Source of the DNA: Bacteroidales bacterium
GTDB taxonomy: Bacteria; Bacteroidota; Bacteroidia; Bacteroidales; VadinHA17
Assembly (NCBI GenBank): GCA_033791445.1
Contig: JASJGS010000028.1
Location: 8,636-72,635 of the forward strand
Direction: 5' to 3'
DNA: 64,000 nt
Within the stretch, counting starts at the first letter, position 1; every line of letters begins with the position of its first letter. The position numbers and the translations under genes were made by a program. The notes under the pieces are model-generated. The model ran no database searches, was not told where the DNA came from, and saw only the letters and a list, made by a program, of their open reading frames with translations. Positions 31,793 to 40,706 of this stretch are shown here, piece by piece.

Positions 31793-32155
31793 TCATTCCT
31801 TTTTTTGAATTGTATTATTGCTAATTGCCCAAAGCACAATAAATAATACTGCTGTGGCAGGATAAATAAGAAGCAAGGGGAATTCCCTTGTATCTGGGAA
31901 TATTACGGCTAATCCGATATAAGCAGCCAAAGCAATAATGCCCCCTGCAAATTCCCATTTCCATGCGAGGCCAAGTCCTATAAAACCTATTCCCATTAGC
32001 GATAATTGAATAATGCTGTCTGTACTCATGGGTTCTCTATTCGATGATTCAGGTTGGAAGAAAGTATCGCCGATAAACATTAACAAGAAAAATACAACGA
32101 ATAGAATACTTAACACCCTAAGTGTCCATCGGAAGATTTCGATAAATTTTTTCAT
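31793..32155 (-). CDS. Small 4-TM membrane protein (AWKWE family)
   Basis: RWTLR.LSI and LAWKWEFAGGI; paralog of 32349..32729. Confidence 0.8.
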   Translation of the reverse strand: MKKFIEIFRWTLRVLSILFVVFFLLMFIGDTFFQPESSNREPMSTDSIIQLSLMGIGFIGLGLAWKWEFAGGIIALAAYIGLAVIFPDTREFPLLLIYPATAVLFIVLWAISNNTIQKKE

Positions 32156-32348
32156 ATTATTTCTCTCCTAAATTTTGTTTTACTCGATTAACTTTTTGGT
32201 TTTACACCGTTTACATATTGGTTTCTGGTATCCACATTACCTTCTTTTCTGTCACACATGGTGGTCCGTCCTTTGATATAATCATCACAGCTTTCTATTT
32301 TTTTAACATACTATAAGTCCTTAACTCAGAAAGTGGTAAAGCTGAACC

Positions 32349-32729
32349 CTATAATTCAATATTTTTCCTCAAATACCAGCTTACTAAAAAGAATACACCC
32401 ATAGTGATTATGAGTAAAAAAAAGATGAAGGGAATTATATAAAAGTTATTCCCTCGAATGGACATAAACCAGGTTACAAATAAACCCAGAGATACAATCA
32501 GGATTCCACCGGGCAACTCCCATTTCCAGGCAATAAAAACAAATACAAGAAGTCCCAGCCAGGGAGCTGCATTCGGACTATTCTTTATAATGCCCATTAG
32601 GCCACCACCGTATTCTTCAGAACCCGACAGCAATGCAAAAACAAATAAAAGGATCCCAATAGTTAACATGGTATACCTGGCAATATTTCGAAGGATATTT
32701 GCTGTTTTTACCTGATTTATCTGATTCAT
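32349..32729 (-). CDS. Small 4-TM membrane protein (AWKWE family)
   Basis: RNIARY and IAWKWELPGGI. Confidence 0.8.
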   Translation of the reverse strand: MNQINQVKTANILRNIARYTMLTIGILLFVFALLSGSEEYGGGLMGIIKNSPNAAPWLGLLVFVFIAWKWELPGGILIVSLGLFVTWFMSIRGNNFYIIPFIFFLLIITMGVFFLVSWYLRKNIEL

Positions 32730-32774
32730 GACTTTATGATCTTGCTTTTATAATCAGTTTATATCTTAATAATA

Positions 32775-33324
32775 TCACTGGGAATTATACTTGAGCGAGT
32801 ACTTTCGAATTTTATTTCTCTGACGCTCATAGTTCTGGAGATTTCCCTTTATTTCAAATTTAACTTTTATGCTTCCCAGTAGCCATCCGGTAAGAGCACC
32901 TACTCCACCCAAAAAAAATACCGGAGACTAAGGCTTTCTCGCCTGCAGTCCATGCCAACAAGGCATCCTCTGCATCATCACCACCCACCAGGCCAATAAC
33001 ACCTCCAATAGCAAATCCCGTAACTGTACCAATCACAATACCTCTTCCAACACTTTTCGTTCTACGGGTTTTTACTGTATAAATTTCCGGTACATAAATT
33101 TTGGTTAAACCATATTTACCATCAGGGTAATTTTTTACTACAAGTGAATTCGCAACTAAAATTGAAGAATCCTGAAGCTCATATAATATACCTTCGAACT
33201 TAGAGGAATCGTTCTGAAACTTTATCCACGTATAGTAATATTTGGGGGCCTGGGTAGTATTTTGGGCAAAGCAAAATTGCATACTGCAAAATACACCAAG
33301 GATAATTAAGGCAAAATATCTCAT
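32775..33324 (-). pseudogene. Secreted glycine-zipper protein, frameshifted at a T8 tract
   Basis: Removing one T at 32911-32918 gives ...IFLGGVGALTGWLLGSIKVKFEIKGNLQNYERQRNKIRKYSLKYNSQ* ending at 32775. Confidence 0.7.
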
Positions 33325-33369
33325 GAAAACTATTTTATTAGAAAAAATACAAAAATCATTGCATTCAGA

Positions 33370-34458
33370 TTAAAAAGGACTAAAATATGAGCTATAAGAA
33401 TCTGATAAGTCAACTGGGGAGCTATATAAATACCCAGGAGGAATTCCAAATGCCCTTGAAAAATAGGGATCAAGAGATTTTGCCTCAGCACTAAGCTTTT
33501 TTGCCTCTTCTGAATTGCCTTCAAATCCATTAATTTTAGCTATCCAGCCAAGCGAATATGCTTTTAATGGATTAATTTCATCTGGATTTTCCTCTAGATA
33601 CTGCTTAAATGCATTCTGCGCCAATTCCAGGTTCTTCTCCTTGTCACCCTTATTTTGCATTAGCATCATAACATATACCCTGGCCATATTTATTTGCGGG
33701 ATATAATTCTCTGGATTTAACTGAGCTGCTTTTTCCATATACATCATTCCATTCTCTATATCATCATTGAAAATGTAAGCCTTACCAAGCTCCTCCATTA
33801 CTCTTGCATTTCCTGGGTTTGCTTTTAAAATCTTTTCCCAATAGGATATTTTATCCGCATCTTCTGCCATCAAAATTGCATTTGCCTTTTCATAATAAAA
33901 TTTATCTAATCCATCCAGGCTGCTAGCATAGCTTTCAGCTTCAGACTTGTCTCCACCCATTTCAACCGGTAATAGGCCATATATCTCAACCAGGATTAAA
34001 ATGGCCTCCTTATAATCAGGCTTTAACTTTAAAACATTTTCAAATGCTTCACATGACTTTGAAACATAATCGGATGTATTCTCTTTTGAAGAATAGGCAT
34101 TCAGGAAACAAATGTTCGCCTGGTAATAGGCATATATCACATTATCCATATCATAATGAACAGCTTTGTTAACTGAAGTTAAGATATTTTCAGGACTATA
34201 ACCGGCCCCACCCAGCATCATATGGTGTTGCGTTCTGGCAAGTTCAAACCAGGCCATTGCATTGGTTGAATCTTTATCAATAATCTGATCAAGTAAAGTC
34301 TTGGCTTCATCAACCTCCCCCCCTATTCTTAGATTGTAAGCTGTCTTAACTTTTTCATCCAAATCATTTACCAGGAATCCTGAACAAAAAATTCCCAGTA
34401 CCAAGACACCTGTAAAAATCATGATCTTAGTTTTGAAGTTTCCAATTTGTTTTTTCAT
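33370..34458 (-). CDS. Exported TPR-repeat protein
   Basis: N-terminal hydrophobic segment; TPR-like repeats (NAMAWFELA, LKPDYKEA, NPGNARV..LG). Confidence 0.8.
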   Translation of the reverse strand: MKKQIGNFKTKIMIFTGVLVLGIFCSGFLVNDLDEKVKTAYNLRIGGEVDEAKTLLDQIIDKDSTNAMAWFELARTQHHMMLGGAGYSPENILTSVNKAVHYDMDNVIYAYYQANICFLNAYSSKENTSDYVSKSCEAFENVLKLKPDYKEAILILVEIYGLLPVEMGGDKSEAESYASSLDGLDKFYYEKANAILMAEDADKISYWEKILKANPGNARVMEELGKAYIFNDDIENGMMYMEKAAQLNPENYIPQINMARVYVMMLMQNKGDKEKNLELAQNAFKQYLEENPDEINPLKAYSLGWIAKINGFEGNSEEAKKLSAEAKSLDPYFSRAFGIPPGYLYSSPVDLSDSYSSYFSPF

Positions 34459-34626
34459 AGCTTATTATTTTGGTTAAAGAAAAATTAGTTTCTCATCTTG
34501 AATTAAAAATTCATTTCCTTTTTATATATTTGATTTGACTCAATTTACAATTCGAAGTAAACATATTACTGATTGGCAGAAATGCTTTGAAAAGCACTTG
34601 TATAAAAACTGTAAAGTGTTTTACAA

Positions 34627-35598
34627 TTGTTTTGCCATCAAGCAGACCGGCAAACACATATATTTGTGGAAAAAGCTGAAACCCAATATCTGATTCTACT
34701 AAAATCTAAGGTCGTAGATACGATGAAACAATCTTATCCGGGTATTGGAAATAATATTGCGGATTGGAAAGGGCAGGATATAATAAACTTCCAGGAGGAC
34801 CTGCTGGAAAGAGTAAATGAACATATCAGTGAAAAGTGGTTTTATACCCATATGAAGGGAGAGAATAAAAAGCTTCCTCGGATTGACATGTTGAACTTAC
34901 TTTGTCGATATGTGGGTTATATCGACTGGAATGACTTTAAATATAATAATCAGGGGGAAATTGACGAATCAGGGTTTAACAAAAAACAGAGTAGTTCACG
35001 ATCATATATAATAATTATTGGTCTATTATTTTTATTGGCCTTACTGGTTGTTCTGGTAAAATATTCAGGAAATAAATATTATCATTTCACTTTTAAGGAT
35101 GCATACACAAAAGCTAGAATACGGGATACCCTTACGGAGATCATTGTATTGAACGAAAATGAATCACCTGTACAAGAAAGATTAGATATGGATGGAATTT
35201 TCACTCATAAAAGCAGGAAGGAGAAGGTTAAATTCATTGTTAAAGCACCTTATTATTACCCGGATACGATAACACGAAAACTAGATAAATTTGAAGGTTC
35301 TGAAAATTTCTTCTTGTATCCTAATGACTTTGCAATGATGATCCATTATTTTTCGGTAACCAAAATAGATTCGTGGGAACAGAGGAGGACTCAATTAGAC
35401 CGAATGATTGCCGACAGCGCCTATATTTGCCAGGTATTTAATGAGGGTTTTGTTGGTGTAGAACTTTACAATAAAGAAGAATTTATCGACAAGCTTACCA
35501 TGCCAGTAAACAGTTTGAAGAATATTGAAATTATGGAAACTATATATACCGGTAAGAAGATTTCACTTCTTCGGTTTAGACAGATGTTAGATGAATAA
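34627..35598 (+). CDS. Putative membrane-spanning transcription regulator (helical N-domain, one TM, periplasmic domain)
   Basis: ISEKWFY..PRIDMLNLLCRYVGYIDWNDF domain, then TM IIIIGLLFLLALLVVLV; start codon uncertain. Confidence 0.6.
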   Translation: MFCHQADRQTHIFVEKAETQYLILLKSKVVDTMKQSYPGIGNNIADWKGQDIINFQEDLLERVNEHISEKWFYTHMKGENKKLPRIDMLNLLCRYVGYIDWNDFKYNNQGEIDESGFNKKQSSSRSYIIIIGLLFLLALLVVLVKYSGNKYYHFTFKDAYTKARIRDTLTEIIVLNENESPVQERLDMDGIFTHKSRKEKVKFIVKAPYYYPDTITRKLDKFEGSENFFLYPNDFAMMIHYFSVTKIDSWEQRRTQLDRMIADSAYICQVFNEGFVGVELYNKEEFIDKLTMPVNSLKNIEIMETIYTGKKISLLRFRQMLDE

Positions 35599-36279
35599 AT
35601 GAAATACAGAAGGATTCATATTGCACTAATTGTATTGGGATTTACCCTTTGGGGCGCTCCTACTTGCCAGGAACCGGATCCCTGGGAATACGCACAGGTG
35701 CAACAAAATGAGGAAATCATTCTTGATGAGGAGACCGTAGTCAATGCCAGAAAAGATATAATTGAAGAAATTGAAAAAGAATTTGAGGCTTCAGCACTTC
35801 AGGAAGATCAATTATTAGCATTTGAGGAAAGGGGAAAAGATAAGCTCCAGGACCTGGCCGACTACCTAAATATTCTCTCGAACAAAGACTTTGATGTATC
35901 CTTTAGGAATCAGGCCAGAAAAATGATAATGGTACAGTTTATTGAGGAATCACAGGTTGATTCAGAGCTCCTGGGCTTGCCAGATGATCCTGATTACAAT
36001 CTATTTGACTTCCTTGATGAAATAAACACTATGGAATACGGAGAAACCCGTTTTGTAGTCAATGAAATTAGGATCACAGATTCTCTAGAAATCTCTGAGA
36101 GTGGTGTCTACTCAGGAAGTATCTCATTTTCAAGAAAAGTATTTGGAAAAACAGGACAGGATTCTCTTCTGATTAGCTCAGGAGACGATAAGATTGATAT
36201 TATTTTACAACGTGCACAAAAAGTTTTTGGAAATGACACTCTAAATGTATGGGGTGTGAAATTTGGGGATATTCAGTAA
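35599..36279 (+). CDS. Exported acidic protein, possibly a lipoprotein, coupled to the upstream gene
   Basis: TAA-ATG abutment; signal peptide with APTC. Confidence 0.7.
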   Translation: MKYRRIHIALIVLGFTLWGAPTCQEPDPWEYAQVQQNEEIILDEETVVNARKDIIEEIEKEFEASALQEDQLLAFEERGKDKLQDLADYLNILSNKDFDVSFRNQARKMIMVQFIEESQVDSELLGLPDDPDYNLFDFLDEINTMEYGETRFVVNEIRITDSLEISESGVYSGSISFSRKVFGKTGQDSLLISSGDDKIDIILQRAQKVFGNDTLNVWGVKFGDIQ

Positions 36280-36284
36280 ATTGT

Positions 36285-36950
36285 TCAATCAGTTTCGGAT
36301 AATTCCACATTATTTTTCTTAGGAAGTACCAGGCTATTCATGTCAATAATTTTTACTAAAAATAAACCTGTTATTAGCCCTAATGCTAAGAGACCAAAAA
36401 GAAAGGTGGTAATGACAGGCAATGGCTTGTCCGTTCCAAACCCGATTTGAATAATCATGATTGAAATTCCCCAACCAAGCGCACAGGCATATATCCACAA
36501 GTTTGATTTTGAGCTAACACCATCAAAGGATGAACGTTGAAATATGCCAACAATTGCACCTCCAATTGCATAAATCAAAGTATATATCAGTATACTCTGA
36601 CTTTCCTGTACCAAATCTCTATCTGACCCTATGAGCCATAAAGCAAGGCCAACTACTATTTCGCTTATCATCAAGCCTACTGCACTAGCTAAAATCCAAC
36701 TAGCTGAAATGGGTACTCTCTTTCGAAGCATCTTCCATTGAAAAAAGCCGACAAAAGCACCTGCCCCAGCACCCAAAAAGCTATACCCAATTGCATGAGC
36801 CAGGGCATTATTCATAGAACTTTCAAGAGTAGTGCTAATATAAAGCGCGAAAGTGAAACTAAATATAAGGCCAAAGAGTAAGGCAAGGGTATTTAAGATC
36901 ACCCATTTGATCAGGAATTTAGATTTACCAGGAGTTCTTTGAGCTCTCAT
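36285..36950 (-). CDS. Integral membrane protein with an internal repeat
   Basis: Six TM segments; repeated G..VG.FQ...W motif. Confidence 0.75.
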   Translation of the reverse strand: MRAQRTPGKSKFLIKWVILNTLALLFGLIFSFTFALYISTTLESSMNNALAHAIGYSFLGAGAGAFVGFFQWKMLRKRVPISASWILASAVGLMISEIVVGLALWLIGSDRDLVQESQSILIYTLIYAIGGAIVGIFQRSSFDGVSSKSNLWIYACALGWGISIMIIQIGFGTDKPLPVITTFLFGLLALGLITGLFLVKIIDMNSLVLPKKNNVELSETD

Positions 36951-37088
36951 GACAATTTTAAAGTTATGAAATAATCCGAAAACTCAAAACAAAAAAATTG
37001 GCATGAGGGTAATATGGGGAAAACTGTTAAAACAGGAATGAGAGAGTTTCTTTACATCGTTCCCTGTGTATTATAAGCCGCAGATAAA

Positions 37089-38255
37089 TTAATCATACCG
37101 AAACACTCCAAATTCAGAGTGAATGGTTAATTTCTTATTCGCACTCCTATCGCAATGACCAATAATCCTTGCATCAACACCGAACTCTTTAGAAATGCCA
37201 ATAATATCTTTTGCATAAATGGGAGGAACATAGAGTTCAAAACGGTGCCCCATGTTGTATACTTTATACATCTCATACCAGGTGGTGCCTGATTGATTCT
37301 GAATGATTCTGAAAAGTGAAGGGACCGGAAAGAAATTATCCTTTACAACATGCAAATTCTCAACGAAATTCAAAACTTTGGTCTGTGCTCCGCCAGAACA
37401 ATGTATCAAGCCATGAATATTTGGTCTAAGTTCTTCTAAAATCTTAATTAAAACAGGGGCATATGTACGGGTTGGAGAAAGAACCAATTTCCCGGCGGGA
37501 ATTCCTGTTTCCTCAATTTTATCCGTTAATTTATAGGAACCAGAAAACACCAGATCTTCAGGTACCAAAGGGTCAAAGCTCTCCGGATATTTATTTGCCA
37601 GATAATTATGAAACACATCATGACGAGCTGAGGTAAGGCCATTGCTCCCCATACCACTGTTATATTCCTTTTCGTAGCTTGCCTGTCCTGACGAAGAGAG
37701 TCCAACTATGACATCACCTGGCCGAATATTACTGTTATCAATAACTTCTGACCTCTTCATTCTGGCAGTAACTGTTGAGTCAACAATAATGGTACGAACC
37801 AGGTCGCCCACATCGGCGGTTTCACCACCTGTTGAATAGATGGAAAGGCCAAGACTTCGCAACTCTTCCAAAACTTCTTCTGTTCCATTAATGATCGCTG
37901 AAATCACCTCCCCGGGAATCAGGTTTTTATTCCGCCCTATAGTCGATGATAAAAGAATATTTTTTGTAGCACCTACACATAAAAGGTCATCTGTATTCAT
38001 AACAATGGCATCCTGTGCAATCCCCTTCCAAACATTCAAGTCGCCAGTTTCCCTCCAATACAGGTAAGCAAGAGACGATTTTGTACCGGCACCATCTGCA
38101 TGCATGATATTACAGTATTCCGGATCACCGCCAAGTATATCTGGTATAATTTTACAAAACGCATTCGGGAAAAGTCCTTTATCAATATTCATTATAGCAT
38201 TGTGCACATCTTCCTTTGAGGCAGAAACCCCACGCATATTATACCGATTATCCAT
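37089..38255 (-). CDS. purM: AIR synthase (phosphoribosylformylglycinamidine cyclo-ligase), Bacteroidota type
   Basis: RGVSASKEDVH, HADGAGTKS, GGETADVGD, HCSGG. Confidence 0.93.
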   Translation of the reverse strand: MDNRYNMRGVSASKEDVHNAIMNIDKGLFPNAFCKIIPDILGGDPEYCNIMHADGAGTKSSLAYLYWRETGDLNVWKGIAQDAIVMNTDDLLCVGATKNILLSSTIGRNKNLIPGEVISAIINGTEEVLEELRSLGLSIYSTGGETADVGDLVRTIIVDSTVTARMKRSEVIDNSNIRPGDVIVGLSSSGQASYEKEYNSGMGSNGLTSARHDVFHNYLANKYPESFDPLVPEDLVFSGSYKLTDKIEETGIPAGKLVLSPTRTYAPVLIKILEELRPNIHGLIHCSGGAQTKVLNFVENLHVVKDNFFPVPSLFRIIQNQSGTTWYEMYKVYNMGHRFELYVPPIYAKDIIGISKEFGVDARIIGHCDRSANKKLTIHSEFGVFRYD

Positions 38256-38424
38256 TTGCTAATATCTATGAATGACTTTAATTTATAATATTACAATTAC
38301 ATGTGCAGAATATATGTCCCTAATCACCATCACAACTGGCCATAGAATACTCCCCCAAATTCCAGTAGGTCAAAATCATAAAAAAGGAATGAAATAGGTA
38401 CCAATAGTTATGCCCCGAATCATT

Positions 38425-40416
38425 TTATCTTTCATTGGCAGGAACATAGTCAGTTCGAAGCACTTTCATCTCTGTCCTTCTGTTCATCTGATGAGCTATT
38501 TCCTGCTCTTCCTCTGAAGCCAGTGAATTTATAAATGTATCGTTCAACACGTTACCCTCCTTCAGGAATGAGTACAACTTAACACTTTTTACACCCACTA
38601 CTTTAGGCTGTGATTCGCCGTAACCTTTTGCAGTAAGCCTGTCTGTTGCAATCCCTTTGCTGATTAAATAATCGATAACAGATTGTGCTCTTCTTTGTGA
38701 TAGCTGCAGGTTAAATGATTCAGTATCCCTGTTATCCGTATGTGAGCCAAGCTCTATTGTTACATTTGGATTGTCCTCCAATACTTCAACCAGTCGATCC
38801 AGTGCTACCATAGACTCTGGTCTTAGATCCCACTTTCCAAAATCATAGAAAATATTAGGAAGTTCAATGGGCTTATCAATTGCTGCTAATTCAAGCGACA
38901 TGCGATAATCCTTACTTGTTTCCTGGCCTTTGGTAGTTTCCCTACCTTTAGAATTCAAATAACCCTCTTTTGATGCCAGGAATATATAATCAGTATTAGG
39001 CTTAAGCATAAATTTAAAGGATCCATTGGTTCCTGTTTCATTTTCCAGGGTAGTTCCATCGCTACCAATAAGTTTAACCTTGGCTTCTGGAATTACTGCT
39101 TCAGTTTTACGGTCAACTACTACACCCGTAATATTAAACTTTAAGGGAGGTAGGGCAAAAGAAAAAATATTATCATTCCCCTTTCCCTGGCGGGTAGAAC
39201 TGAAATAACCTCTTTCGGTTTCATTTTCAAAAACAATTCCGAAATCATCGGAAGATGAGTTAATTGGGTATCTCATGTTTTCAACATTCCATCTTCCTCC
39301 TGATCCCTGGGTTGCTCTAAAAATATCCAATCCTCCCATTCCAAGATGTCCATCAGAGGCAAAATAAATGGATCCATCTTTGTGAAAATATGGAAAAAGT
39401 TCATTCCCCCGAGAATTAATATCCGAACCTAAGTTCTCAGGATTACCCCATTCACCTGCGGGATCATTTCTGGTCACTCTCCAAATATCTTTCCCACCAA
39501 TACTACCTGACATGTCAGATACAAAAAGCAAGGTAAGGTTATCATTAGAAATAGCCGGATGGGCCACTACAAGACTATCAGGTAAAATATCCAGGGATAT
39601 GGGCCTATCCCAACCATCAGCAGTTCTGTTTGTTACCATGATTTCACATCCGAGTTTCTTCCTGCTGCTCACCTCACAACGCGTAAAATACATGGTATTG
39701 TAATTTTCATCTAATGAAGGAGTCCCTTCTTCAAACTCAGTATTTATTTTCGCATCCAATGCAACTGGTACACTCCACTTACCTTTTCTATCCATTTTGG
39801 TCACAAAGATATCGCTAAAATCCTGTCCTGTAGCACCATGGATTTTATTCCCATCGGCATCATCCCGTGAAGTTGTAATATAAACTACCTTATAGTCATC
39901 TCTAGCATAGGTAGGACTATAATCACGACCTCTTGAATTAAAATACTTCATATCAACTACTTCGTAGCCAACGGGATTCTCCATCCACTGCATCGCCAAC
40001 TCGCAGGATGTGATTCCCTCATTACCGCTCGGATCATCTGGGACTAATTCCTTATACCGTTTAAACTCAGCGATGGCCTCTTCGTACTTATCATTCTTTT
40101 TCATTGATTCTGCATAATGCAAAACAGCAATGGGGTCTGGATAGTCACGACCTATAGCCTTTTTAAACCATAATTCCGCCTTTTCAGGTTCATTGGTTAG
40201 TCGGTAACACTCGGCAACTTTAAAAACAGTTTCTGTCTTTAGTTCCTTATTAGATAATGCAGCATAAGCATCCTTATACAGATCGATGGCATCAAAATAT
40301 TCTCCTGCATCAAATGCATCTGTTGCTTTCTGTAGTTTCTTTTTCTGTGCTGAGGTGACAGGAACCAGCAAAACTAATGTAAGCAAGGCAAGAAACAGAG
40401 TTTTTGTAATTCTCAT
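38425..40416 (-). CDS. PorE-like protein: TPR, PD40 propeller, carboxypeptidase-regulatory and OmpA domains
   Basis: GG.DIW, LGMGGLDIF, NIFYDFGKW, GSHTD, LSQRRAQS, NRRTE. Confidence 0.9.
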   Translation of the reverse strand: MRITKTLFLALLTLVLLVPVTSAQKKKLQKATDAFDAGEYFDAIDLYKDAYAALSNKELKTETVFKVAECYRLTNEPEKAELWFKKAIGRDYPDPIAVLHYAESMKKNDKYEEAIAEFKRYKELVPDDPSGNEGITSCELAMQWMENPVGYEVVDMKYFNSRGRDYSPTYARDDYKVVYITTSRDDADGNKIHGATGQDFSDIFVTKMDRKGKWSVPVALDAKINTEFEEGTPSLDENYNTMYFTRCEVSSRKKLGCEIMVTNRTADGWDRPISLDILPDSLVVAHPAISNDNLTLLFVSDMSGSIGGKDIWRVTRNDPAGEWGNPENLGSDINSRGNELFPYFHKDGSIYFASDGHLGMGGLDIFRATQGSGGRWNVENMRYPINSSSDDFGIVFENETERGYFSSTRQGKGNDNIFSFALPPLKFNITGVVVDRKTEAVIPEAKVKLIGSDGTTLENETGTNGSFKFMLKPNTDYIFLASKEGYLNSKGRETTKGQETSKDYRMSLELAAIDKPIELPNIFYDFGKWDLRPESMVALDRLVEVLEDNPNVTIELGSHTDNRDTESFNLQLSQRRAQSVIDYLISKGIATDRLTAKGYGESQPKVVGVKSVKLYSFLKEGNVLNDTFINSLASEEEQEIAHQMNRRTEMKVLRTDYVPANER

Positions 40417-40634
40417 TTATTTGTTGTTTTCGTATAGAAACTTCATGTTTACTGTAAACAATTCACAACATGAATGATCACCAATACTTGTATTATTGTA
40501 ATTAACTAATATTCTGTAAAAAGGTTACAATATCTTATATTAACGAAAGGTAAAATTAATTATTTTTTAACTGAAACAAAAAGCCATTAAAATTATACTT
40601 TTCATCCTAATCATGGACCTTAATTTGTTGAAAT

Positions 40635-40666
40635 AAAAACCCCCGAAGGTATTTCCCCGGGGGTTT
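40635..40666 (-). terminator. Terminator of glnA
   Basis: aaacccccg...cgggggttt with a U-tract on the minus strand. Confidence 0.7.
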
Positions 40667-40706
40667 CCCAATAGATACAGTTATTACAATGTAAACAGAA
40701 CTAATT

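Noticed and set aside
32160..32345. Short minus-strand open frame (MCDRKEGNVDTRNQYVNGVKPKS) in the spacer
   Set aside because: Too short and no recognisable motif.
30954..34458. Integron-like cassette array of co-oriented small genes
   Set aside because: No repeated attC-like sites between the genes and no integrase.
34622..34637. Minus-strand TGGCAAAACAATTGTA, a sigma54-like -24/-12 element
   Set aside because: No enhancer boxes upstream (that DNA is coding), and it is one arm of the inverted repeat already reported.
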